Assembly (NCBI GenBank): GCA_013821265.1
Contig: JACDHD010000005.1
Location: 236-64,235, forward strand
Origin: Parachlamydiaceae bacterium
Lineage (GTDB): Bacteria; Chlamydiota; Chlamydiia; Chlamydiales; Parachlamydiaceae
Direction of reading: 5' to 3'
Length of the DNA stretch: 64,000 nt
Under the pieces are notes generated by a model. It was not told where the DNA came from, made no database searches, and saw nothing but the letters and a program-made list of their open reading frames with translations. The first letter of the stretch is position 1, and each line of letters starts with the position of its first letter. Shown in pieces: positions 17,958-26,269 of the stretch. A program made the position numbers and the translations under genes.

Positions 17958-20139
17958 ACCAAATTTCCATGTAGAAATCATTGATTCTGAGCAATTGGTG
18001 TTATTTTCAGAAGATAAACATCACTTGTTAAGAGGTTCAATTTATGTGGCTATAGGCAAGCTGATTCGTATTGGTCCACGGCCTGAAGAAGAACTCACCA
18101 AAGAATTATTGCCGAGATTCCCTCTTGAATTTATTCGAGAAGCCTTAAAAAGACTTAAGCAAAAGGGCTTCGTCTCAAATTTGTGCGAGCAAGCACCGAA
18201 GAATATTTTGGCATTTTGGTCCGATTTAACATTAGACGAGGAAGTACGGGTCAAGCCATCCTTTTTTATTAAAAATTTGAGTCGGTATAGTTCGTCAGAT
18301 CTTATCAAAGCTCTAGATAGTCTATCTTTAAAGATGGAAGAGTCTGGAGATTTTTTTATTGTGATTGTTGATAACTACATATCTGGAGAGCTTGAAGAGT
18401 TTAATAAAGCACGGTTGCTAGACAAAAAACCTTGGATGCTGTTAAAACCATCTGGACGAGTCATTTGGATGGGCCCTATTTTTGAACCGAGTCGTACGGG
18501 ATGCTGGAATTGCTTGGCGGAAAAATTAAAAGAAAATAGACGCGTTGAAGTAGATCTTTTCGGTCTAAAAAACAACGATCTGAATGTTTCTTCTCTCGTT
18601 CATCTACCTACTACGCAGATTATTGCCATGAATATGGCAGCAAATGAAGTTGCCAAATGGGAAAAATCTCCACAGTCTCATCAACTTCACCAAAATCTTT
18701 TGACATTGGATGTAGGGAGTATGGAGATGCGCCTACATCCATTTAAGCCACTAACTAACTGTACATCATGTCAACCGATCAACCAACGAGATAAGAAGCA
18801 GTTTCCATATCTGCAATCATCCCCTAAAAAGTATTTTTTTGATGAGGGTGAACGTTCATGCTCATTTGATGACACCTTACAAAATCTCAACGACAATATT
18901 AGCCCTATCACAGGCATGATTTCTTCGATACGTCATTCTATAGTTAATGGCGAACATATTTGTTATACAGTGAGGACTCTTCCGCTTCCTTCTGAGCAAT
19001 TGTGTCATGAGCGATACCTTAGAATGCCTGACGTAGCAACGGGAAAGGGAAAAACAAAACTACAAGCCACTGTAGGGTGTATTGCAGAAGCTATCGAACG
19101 ATATAATTGCACGTTTACAAAACAAGAAGAGCTTCGATGTACCTATGAGGATATCAAACATGAAGCGATTCACCCATATACGTTGCTCAATTTCAGCGAA
19201 TGGCAATATGATAATCGCGAGAAAATTAATGTTTATAGGCTAGGATTTAACAAAATCCCTAAACGTTATGATGGGTCAACAATTGGTTGGACAGCTGTGC
19301 ATTCAATGACACACAATCGAATTTGTTACATTCCGTCATCCTACTGTTATCTGTCTTATCCATTTGAAAATGACGTTGAAATATGTCCGGGAAATAGCAA
19401 TGGATGTGCCAGCGGGAATTCTCTAGAAGAAGCCATCTTCTACGCTCTTCTTGAACTTGTCGAAAGAGATTCTGTTGCGATTTGGTGGTATAATCGAATT
19501 AAAAGGCCCCATGTGGATCTTGACAGTTTTAATGATCCTTCATTCAATCAAATCCAGGCGACGTTCAAAAAAAACAATCGAGAGCTATTTGTTTTAGATA
19601 TAACTACTGATTTACACATTCCATGCTACGTTGCTGTTTCATGGAAATCCAACGGCAGCCAAATATTTTTTGGGACAGGTTCGCATTTACAGCCACGTGT
19701 GGGCGTAGCACGAGCAATTAGTGAACTCAATCAAATCATGATCCGAGCGAATACACCTAAGAATGTCGATTTGAACACCATCGCTCCCGTTGAAAGGGAT
19801 TTAGTGAAATGGTCCATAAGTGAAATCATTGGTGACCATCCGTACATGGTACCTAGAGGGGTTTGTCATCCAAAAATATTGTATCCCAAAACCGATGATT
19901 TTCTGACAGATGTTAATTTACTCATTCAAAACTTGAAAAACTTGAGTTTAGAGGTGTTTTTGTTTGATTTAACCAATCCTAATATTCGACTTCATACAGC
20001 TAGAGTAGTGATTCCAGGTTTAAGACATTTCTGGTCCAGATTAGGTCCTGGAAGGTTATATGATACACCTGTTCATTTAAAATTGATTCAAAAGCCTTTA
20101 ACTGAGTCTGAAATGAATCCAATACCCTATTTTTTATAG
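17944..20139 (+). CDS. Fused E1-like/RRE docking domain + YcaO cyclodehydratase (PatD/TruD-like heterocyclase)
   Basis: 731 aa. The N-terminal half (KPNFHVEIIDSEQLVLFSE; AFWSDL; PWMLLKPSGRVIWMGPIFEPSRTGCWNCLAEKLKENRRVE; NCTSCQP) closely parallels cyanobactin heterocyclases as I remember them. YcaO blocks are GKGKTKLQATVGCIAEAIERY, SNGCASGNSLEEAIFYALLELVERDSVAIWWYN and DITTDLHIPCYVAVS, with a Pro-rich tail NPIPYFL. Confidence 0.88.
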   Translation: MMHFKPNFHVEIIDSEQLVLFSEDKHHLLRGSIYVAIGKLIRIGPRPEEELTKELLPRFPLEFIREALKRLKQKGFVSNLCEQAPKNILAFWSDLTLDEEVRVKPSFFIKNLSRYSSSDLIKALDSLSLKMEESGDFFIVIVDNYISGELEEFNKARLLDKKPWMLLKPSGRVIWMGPIFEPSRTGCWNCLAEKLKENRRVEVDLFGLKNNDLNVSSLVHLPTTQIIAMNMAANEVAKWEKSPQSHQLHQNLLTLDVGSMEMRLHPFKPLTNCTSCQPINQRDKKQFPYLQSSPKKYFFDEGERSCSFDDTLQNLNDNISPITGMISSIRHSIVNGEHICYTVRTLPLPSEQLCHERYLRMPDVATGKGKTKLQATVGCIAEAIERYNCTFTKQEELRCTYEDIKHEAIHPYTLLNFSEWQYDNREKINVYRLGFNKIPKRYDGSTIGWTAVHSMTHNRICYIPSSYCYLSYPFENDVEICPGNSNGCASGNSLEEAIFYALLELVERDSVAIWWYNRIKRPHVDLDSFNDPSFNQIQATFKKNNRELFVLDITTDLHIPCYVAVSWKSNGSQIFFGTGSHLQPRVGVARAISELNQIMIRANTPKNVDLNTIAPVERDLVKWSISEIIGDHPYMVPRGVCHPKILYPKTDDFLTDVNLLIQNLKNLSLEVFLFDLTNPNIRLHTARVVIPGLRHFWSRLGPGRLYDTPVHLKLIQKPLTESEMNPIPYFL

Positions 20140-20147
20140 ATTTCACT

Positions 20148-21551
20148 ATGCCTATATTCATTAAAACGACTCCAAGGATAAGACTGAGATCTTTTAATAA
20201 AGAATCTTTAACATTTGTAATCGACGAAAATAGAACAGCGACTTTCCACGTACAAACTCAACAAGTTCTTACGAATCTATTGTCTTTTATACGTGAAGGT
20301 CAATCTTTGGAGATTTTGGAAAAGCAGGAAAAAACTGATGCATCTCTATCCAGATTGTGTTTATTCATAGAACAGTTAAAGAAAAATGGTCTGGTTGAGT
20401 ACTATTTCAATTTTAATGCTTCTGAAAACGTTGTAGTGTCTCCCAAGTCATTGAATTTTAAAAGTTCAACTTTAAGTCCAAATAATATGACGCTCAAACA
20501 ATGCCCCTATATTCTTTCTAGATTTGCTTATTTTCGAAGACAAGACGATAAAATGATGCTGGAATGTCCTTTGGCTCCTTTCCGCATTTCTTTGAATACA
20601 GCATTTTTTAATCGATTGTTACCTTATATCACTGGCGCGGAGAATTTGACAAACTATGAGTATAAGACTCTTCAAGAGGAGAAAACTTGGAGAGCTTTTA
20701 TCAGCTTATTAATCAAATATAAGGTTATTCATCCTGTTCAGGAAATTGAAACAGAAAATCTGCAATTTTGGGAATTTCATGATTTGGTCTTTCATTCAAG
20801 CAGTCGTCGGGGAGAATTTGATGATAACGTTCGCTTTGGTGCAACTTATAGATTCCAGGAAAAATTGAGCCCTCCATTGACTTTTAAGGATATAGATGTC
20901 AATAGTGCGTTTGAACTATACAAACCGAATCTTGATGAATTAGCAATTAGTGACTCGCCCTTCTCGAGGGTACTGGAAAGTCGAAGGTCTATAAGGGGTC
21001 ATAGCGATAGCAAAAAAATAACTTTGGAGAAGTTGGGCGAGTTTTTATATAGATCAATAGGCTTACGCGAAGTTGTGAAGATGCCTATACAAGATGCTAT
21101 ATTTAGGCCTTATCCTGCTGCAGGGGCTATTCACGAAATCGATTTTTATTTAGTGATAAATGTTTGTAATGGCATAGAACCCGGTGTCTACTACTATCAT
21201 CCCGTAAGGCATACATTATGTAAAAAAAATGTAGGTATGTCATATATTGAAAAAATAATTTCAAATGCAAAGTTTGGAATGGGAGTCGCTGCAACTGCTC
21301 CTCAGATTGTTTTTGTTCTTACATCGAGATTTAAGAAAATTGCTTGGAAATATGAAAAAATGTCTTATAGATGTACGTTGATTTCGATGGGGGCAATTTT
21401 CCAAACAATGTCACTTGTGGCAACGTCAATGAATCTTGCGTCTTGCATTGTGGGATCGGGAGATTCTTCTTTGTTTGCGGAAGCATTAAATATTGATTCC
21501 TTGGAAGAAGGTGCAATAGGTGAATTTACGTTAGGAGTTCCTTCCGACTAA
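20148..21551 (+). CDS. SagB/McbC-type FMN-dependent azoline dehydrogenase
   Basis: 467 aa, starting 8 nt after the heterocyclase stop. Nitroreductase-fold SagB blocks: ESRRSIRGH, RPYPAAGAIHEIDFYLVI, GVYYYHP, a Lys-Tyr motif in IAWKYEKMSYR, and CIVGSGD. There is a long N-terminal extension of about 270 aa. Confidence 0.85.
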   Translation: MPIFIKTTPRIRLRSFNKESLTFVIDENRTATFHVQTQQVLTNLLSFIREGQSLEILEKQEKTDASLSRLCLFIEQLKKNGLVEYYFNFNASENVVVSPKSLNFKSSTLSPNNMTLKQCPYILSRFAYFRRQDDKMMLECPLAPFRISLNTAFFNRLLPYITGAENLTNYEYKTLQEEKTWRAFISLLIKYKVIHPVQEIETENLQFWEFHDLVFHSSSRRGEFDDNVRFGATYRFQEKLSPPLTFKDIDVNSAFELYKPNLDELAISDSPFSRVLESRRSIRGHSDSKKITLEKLGEFLYRSIGLREVVKMPIQDAIFRPYPAAGAIHEIDFYLVINVCNGIEPGVYYYHPVRHTLCKKNVGMSYIEKIISNAKFGMGVAATAPQIVFVLTSRFKKIAWKYEKMSYRCTLISMGAIFQTMSLVATSMNLASCIVGSGDSSLFAEALNIDSLEEGAIGEFTLGVPSD

Positions 21552-22059
21552 ATCTTATTTTCTCCTAGTTTTTTACAATTATTCATCTTAACACGCATTT
21601 TGATCTAGATTATAAATATCTAGAAAAATTAAAACGCTGCTGTGACAATTGAATGTTTTAAAGGGTCAGACATGGGCCGGGCTTGGGCTGTCAAAAAGTA
21701 ACGATTTTTGACAAAAATGTTGAATCCATTTTTCTTCCAATTAAATCGAAAAAAGTTTACATATTTTGTTTTTATAAAAAATACCTTATTCTAACCAATA
21801 TGGAATCAATGAATAGTCACAACACACTTCCTACACCTCAAGAACTGATAAAACTATAGCATGGCTTATGGAGAGTCGCGATCATAGGAAAAATAAATGC
21901 TTGCAAGCAAAGCTCCAACTAAAACGTCAAACATTGGCTCTCAATAGAGCTCGTGAAGGGCGTTTTTAACTGAAAACCCTGCTTAGAACTCTAAAAGAAC
22001 AATCTACACTCATGCTGCGAAGTGATTTTGCTTCCTGTTTTTGAAAAGTACTTCTGTAT

Positions 22060-22122
22060 TTTTGCGAGCTCCTAGAGGAAAAAAACTCGAATCTGCCCCA
22101 TTATAAATCACAATCAGGGGTT
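22060..22122. repeat. 60-nt module flanking ispH (3' side)
   Basis: tatttttgcgagctcctagaggaaaaaaactcgaatctgccccattataaatcacaatcagggg is the reverse complement of 23138-23200, with a few mismatches. Confidence 0.85.
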
Positions 22123-22178
22123 TAGGGGCAGAGCCCCTTCAAAGGATAACAGCAGAAACTTCAAAAAGACTAAGAAGC

Positions 22179-23117
22179 TTAAATGACTTCGAGCGCTTTG
22201 ACAATGGGTTTAGGGAGTTGGAAGACGACATCTTCTTGAGTGAAGACGACATCTTCGACATCTTTGACACCGAATTCGACGAGGCGTTGGATGCAGCTTT
22301 GGACGATACTTTCCGGTGTTGAGGCACCCGCTGTAAGACCTATCGTCTTAATGCCGACGAGCCATTCTCCGCGGATTTCGTTTTCGTTGTTGATGAGGTA
22401 TGAGGGGATGCCGCGGCGTGAGGCCACTTCGCGGAGGCGATTGGAGTTAGAACTTTGGGGATCGCCCACAACGAGGACGAGGTCGGTTTGGTCGGTGATT
22501 TCGCGTAGGGCCATTTGGCGATTTGTGGTTGCGTAGCATATTGAGGAGCTGGGTAGAGTGGCGATGTGGGGGTATTTTGCGATTAGGGCTTCGGTGATTT
22601 CTTTGACATCATCTAGGCTTAGGGTTGTTTGTGTGATGTAGAAGAGTTTGTCTTTATCTGTGAATGTGAGGGAAGCGACATCTTCGACTGATTCTACGAT
22701 CGTGGTAACATCTGGGGCTTCTCCGGCTGTTCCGATGATTTCGACGTGGTTGCGGTGGCCGATGAGGATGATTTGATGACCTTGAGCTGCGAAACGCTTC
22801 ACAGCTGAGTGTACGCGAGTTACTAGCCCGCAGGTTGCATCGATTTCGATCAGTTGGCGCTGTTTTGCGTGTTCACGCACTGCTGGAGAGACACCGTGAG
22901 CTGAGTAGATTAATCGAGCACCTACAGGAACATCTTCGAGATCTTCAATGAAAACGGCGCCCTTAGCTTTTAAGCTATCTACAACGTGGCGGTTATGTAC
23001 GATTTCGTGTTTGACGTAGATGGGGGCTCCCCATAAAGTTAAAGCCTTTTCTACCGTTTCGATTGCTCGTTCGACGCCTGCGCAAAATCCACGTGGTTTT
23101 GATAGAAATAGTTTCAT
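22179..23117 (-). CDS. ispH: 4-hydroxy-3-methylbut-2-enyl diphosphate reductase
   Basis: 312 aa. Three cluster-ligand Cys contexts: PRGFCAGVERAI, IDATCGLVTRVH, SSICYATTNRQ. Confidence 0.95.
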   Translation of the reverse strand: MKLFLSKPRGFCAGVERAIETVEKALTLWGAPIYVKHEIVHNRHVVDSLKAKGAVFIEDLEDVPVGARLIYSAHGVSPAVREHAKQRQLIEIDATCGLVTRVHSAVKRFAAQGHQIILIGHRNHVEIIGTAGEAPDVTTIVESVEDVASLTFTDKDKLFYITQTTLSLDDVKEITEALIAKYPHIATLPSSSICYATTNRQMALREITDQTDLVLVVGDPQSSNSNRLREVASRRGIPSYLINNENEIRGEWLVGIKTIGLTAGASTPESIVQSCIQRLVEFGVKDVEDVVFTQEDVVFQLPKPIVKALEVI

Positions 23118-23137
23118 CTGATTCTCCTGTTTGGACC

Positions 23138-23312
23138 CTGATTGCGACTTTATAATAGGGCAGATTCGAGTTCTTTTCCACTAGGAACTCGCAAAAATAA
23201 GGAGGTAATATTGTCTAATATTGCCTCCTTATTTTCGATGCCTGTGCGAATTCCTAGAGAGAAAATAATCTCGAAAATGCCCCATTAGAAAGCCGCAATC
23301 ATGGGTCAGAGA
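23138..23312. repeat. ~175-bp palindromic element made of two inverted copies of the 60-nt module (5' side of ispH)
   Basis: ccctgattgcgactttataatagggcagattcgag...ctcgcaaaaata, a central hairpin aaggaggtaatatt-gtct-aatattgcctcctt, then ...tgcgaattcctagagagaaaataatctcgaaaatgccccattagaaagccgcaatcatggg. Confidence 0.8.
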
Positions 23313-23351
23313 AGTAGCATATCACCGGTGCTGACAAAAATGCAACTGATG

Positions 23352-24071
23352 CTATCTGTGATCAGGCTTTTGTTTTAGGCGATCTGTAAAAGAAAGGATC
23401 ATGTCTGACAATGTTTTGTTGATTTCCGCATCGAGTTGTTCGGGAGGAGAGACAATCAACTCCTGTTTTTCCCATGAAATTGTTTGCCAGGTGAGCCCAG
23501 GTTTAAAGTGCACGCGGTCGATTTCAACCTCTTCAAAAAGACGAACTGCGCAGTATGCCACAAATCCTTTCTCTATAGGCTGGATCATGACTAATACGTG
23601 AAGGAAGGGCAAAGGAGATCCCCCCATATTTGTTCTAACGTTGACTCCACCATTTCTCAATAGAGCAGATAATTTACCTATAATGGCTTCGCGGGTGATT
23701 GGAAGGGCAACGGCTTGCGGTTGGATTATTTCAACATCGAGACCCACATTAGAGCTTAAATTATAAAGATTTTCACTACCTACCCAAGCACCACCTTGTT
23801 GTGTGACGACTCCGGGAGAGCCATAGATGGCATTCAAAGAGGAAGGAACATATTCTCCTGGTCTATCATAAGGTCTTTGTTGAGGTAATTGCGTTCCTGA
23901 ACTTGACGCTGGACCAGCTCCAGGACGACCCGCTCCTGGATTTTGCACAGGTTGCCCAGGTGCCGATTTGCTACCGCTAGAGTATCCCTTTGTGGGTGGA
24001 TTTGTGGGAAGAGCCGCATAGGAAGTTGCTGTCGCACACATTAAAAAGAATACCATCCATCTACACAACAT
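23352..24071 (-). CDS. Hypothetical secreted protein (signal peptide, Pro/Gly-rich linker)
   Basis: 239 aa. N-terminal MVFFLMCATATSYA-like signal, a low-complexity PGQPVQNPGAGRPGAGPASS region, then a globular C-terminal domain. Confidence 0.6.
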   Translation of the reverse strand: MLCRWMVFFLMCATATSYAALPTNPPTKGYSSGSKSAPGQPVQNPGAGRPGAGPASSSGTQLPQQRPYDRPGEYVPSSLNAIYGSPGVVTQQGGAWVGSENLYNLSSNVGLDVEIIQPQAVALPITREAIIGKLSALLRNGGVNVRTNMGGSPLPFLHVLVMIQPIEKGFVAYCAVRLFEEVEIDRVHFKPGLTWQTISWEKQELIVSPPEQLDAEINKTLSDMILSFTDRLKQKPDHR

Positions 24072-24078
24072 ATCCTAC

Positions 24079-24762
24079 CTACTGAACTTTAGTTTCGGGA
24101 ATAGGCGTCGCTGGGACTCTTTCCAAAGTTGGGGATGGCGCTAACTGTGGGGTCAGTTGAAAAGAATTAATGAAGAAATCATATTCAGCTTGTTGAAAGT
24201 GTGCGACTTGGGCTGCTGATGTTAATAAATATAGAGTATCGTTGACAATGAATGCTTTGCCGTCAATGGTAGCCTTTTCGTTTTCCACAGAAAAGTCTAG
24301 TGAAGAGTATCCTTTATAAGTGCCCATTTCCATTTTCTTTATTTTGCTTTGGGCATTGTTGGCGACAAGTTCGTTCACAACATTTGTAAGAACCTCTTTG
24401 TCAATGCGTGCACTAGAACTGTCGAGCATCGTGATCAAGCTGATCATGAAAATTGTTCCGTTGTCTTTTTCAGAGACATACATTTCATACTTACGCACTT
24501 CTTTTGTCTTAGGATTATCCAATTTTTCGGTTGCGTGTTGCGGGAGTGAAGGCAGTAATACTTTAAATGTCTTAGAGGGAGAGACAAATTCATGCCAACT
24601 TTGAATATTGCTTTCTTGCTGTGGCAATGCCTTTGCTGTTTGCAACTGGGTTTCAACACCAGGCTTTGTGGGCATCTCCGCGGTCTTTACCATTAGAAAG
24701 CCAATAAGGACTAAAGAGGCTCCAGCCGCTAGCCACAACGTTTTTGACATAAACTGCTCCAA
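24079..24762 (-). CDS. Hypothetical membrane-anchored or secreted protein
   Basis: 227 aa with an N-terminal hydrophobic segment LWLAAGASLVLIGFLMV. It lies 7 nt upstream of 23352-24071 on the same strand, so the two are a probable operon. Confidence 0.6.
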   Translation of the reverse strand: MEQFMSKTLWLAAGASLVLIGFLMVKTAEMPTKPGVETQLQTAKALPQQESNIQSWHEFVSPSKTFKVLLPSLPQHATEKLDNPKTKEVRKYEMYVSEKDNGTIFMISLITMLDSSSARIDKEVLTNVVNELVANNAQSKIKKMEMGTYKGYSSLDFSVENEKATIDGKAFIVNDTLYLLTSAAQVAHFQQAEYDFFINSFQLTPQLAPSPTLERVPATPIPETKVQ

Positions 24763-24838
24763 TAAATTCAGATCGATTTAATTTTAATATATATAGTACT
24801 AAGCACAAAAAATAAAGATATTTAGGTAAGATACGAAT

Positions 24839-25148
24839 GAAACGATTGCATAAGTCAAACGAGGCATCGAAAAGCAAGGGAGCGAAAGTGCTATATGGAA
24901 TCTTGATCTTGATCTTTCTTTTCTTCAACTTTTCTATATTCGAGTATTTATATCTCAGTTCGCTAAATCAGTTGATCGGATTGATAAATGTCGGCTCTGA
25001 GCGAAATGTTGCGAAATGTGTAAAGGAAAGATTAAGATCAAGATCAAGATCGAGATTAAGATCAAGTCGAGATTAAGATCAAGAAAGGAGGTCCCGCACT
25101 CCATATAGCACATTCGTCCTTTAGGTTTTTCTATGCCTCGTTTGACTT
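24839..25148. repeat. Palindromic composite with GATCAA-type oligomer arms
   Basis: Outer arms are attgcataagtcaaacgaggcat...gtgctatatgga and tccatatagcac...atgcctcgtttgactt. Inner arms are cttgatcttgatc and gatcaagatcaagatcgagattaagatcaag. It abuts the holB stop. Confidence 0.8.
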
Positions 25149-25156
25149 CTATTAGA

Positions 25157-26269
25157 TCACAAAAAATTAAGCTGGAGAAAAAGTCGTTCGAGACAATTTG
25201 CTATTGGGGTAGAGCGAGCTAATCCTAACTTAGCTTGATCCACTACTTCTTGCACGACTTCTAAAGGTAAATTGTATCCCTGTAACAAAGCGCGTTCAAG
25301 ATCGGCCTGTGCATGTCGATGCATGAGATAGGCCATATCGCCTTTTACTTCGATTAAATGTAAGTCGCGATACCAAGATAAGATCGTATCAAAAATGATG
25401 TTAGACTCTTGCATCAGATGCATGGCTAAAGCCCCATCGATTTCTTTATCAATTGCTTGCTGCTGCATACTCGTGGGTCCTTCTGGATAACCACGCGCAA
25501 TTTCCTCTCTAGCAACCTCTTCGCGTTGCTTTTGCATCTCTTCGATATGAGTACTGAGCGCACCAGCTGCTTCTGTCAACTCCTGATAGGTAGATAGGCG
25601 CCCCTTAGACAGCAAACTTAACATCTGCCCTTGGAGGGCGTTTTCTCCCTGTTCTAAATACTGCTGCACACGCCCCATCGAACCTTTAGTTCTCTGAACA
25701 ATCTGTGAAGCCTCTTCTGAACTCTTATTCCATTTTGTTGCTACAAAAGGAACCATTTCTTCTTCAAATAGAGCCTGGAAGTATATTTTGCAGCAGCGTG
25801 AACGAATGGTTGGCAATAGTGCCTGAGGCGAACTGGACAGCAATATGATCACGCTGTGAGAAGCTGGCTCTTCAAATGTTTTTAAAAGAGCATTTGCACT
25901 CGGTGTCAGCATGCGATCTGCATCGTGAATAATGAAAACCTTGCGCTCCCCTTCAAAAGGAGGCAAATAAACGTCTTCACACAGTTGAAGCATCGATTCC
26001 ATGCTGTGCATCCCTAGCTTGCCTTCTGGCTGGTAGATATGCAGATCTGGATGCATGCCTACAGCACATTTGTGGGCATGCTTGCCCTCTTTATCGTTGA
26101 CACACAAAAGGAGTCGAGCCAATTCCTTGGCAAATAAGCTTTTTCCAATCCCATCGGGACCCGCAAATAGCAGCGATTGCGCAACCGTTTGCTTGTGCAC
26201 CATGCGCTCCAGATATTTCTTAATGGGATCGTTGCCGATAATATGAGAAAATGCCATTGGTACAACCAT
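25157..26269 (-). CDS. holB: DNA polymerase III delta-prime subunit
   Basis: 370 aa. AAA+ clamp-loader blocks LLFAGPDGIGKSLFAKELARLLLC, FIIHDADRM, SRC (TIRSRC). Starts directly after the tmk stop. Confidence 0.85.
   Translation of the reverse strand: MVVPMAFSHIIGNDPIKKYLERMVHKQTVAQSLLFAGPDGIGKSLFAKELARLLLCVNDKEGKHAHKCAVGMHPDLHIYQPEGKLGMHSMESMLQLCEDVYLPPFEGERKVFIIHDADRMLTPSANALLKTFEEPASHSVIILLSSSPQALLPTIRSRCCKIYFQALFEEEMVPFVATKWNKSSEEASQIVQRTKGSMGRVQQYLEQGENALQGQMLSLLSKGRLSTYQELTEAAGALSTHIEEMQKQREEVAREEIARGYPEGPTSMQQQAIDKEIDGALAMHLMQESNIIFDTILSWYRDLHLIEVKGDMAYLMHRHAQADLERALLQGYNLPLEVVQEVVDQAKLGLARSTPIANCLERLFLQLNFL

Noticed and set aside
16411-22990. Island as a classical mobile element (IS, integrative element or prophage)
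   Set aside because: No transposase, integrase, recombinase, tRNA attachment site or terminal inverted repeats of IS type were seen. Only the ispH direct duplication and generic repeat modules are present, so I report it as an insertion of unknown mechanism rather than as a mobile_element feature.
24837-25076. 79-aa ORF ending in RSRSRSRLRSSRD, and the overlapping 24653-24928 minus-strand ORF
   Set aside because: Both are read across the GATCAA-type palindromic composite between holB and the 227-aa gene, so they are repeat-derived artefacts.
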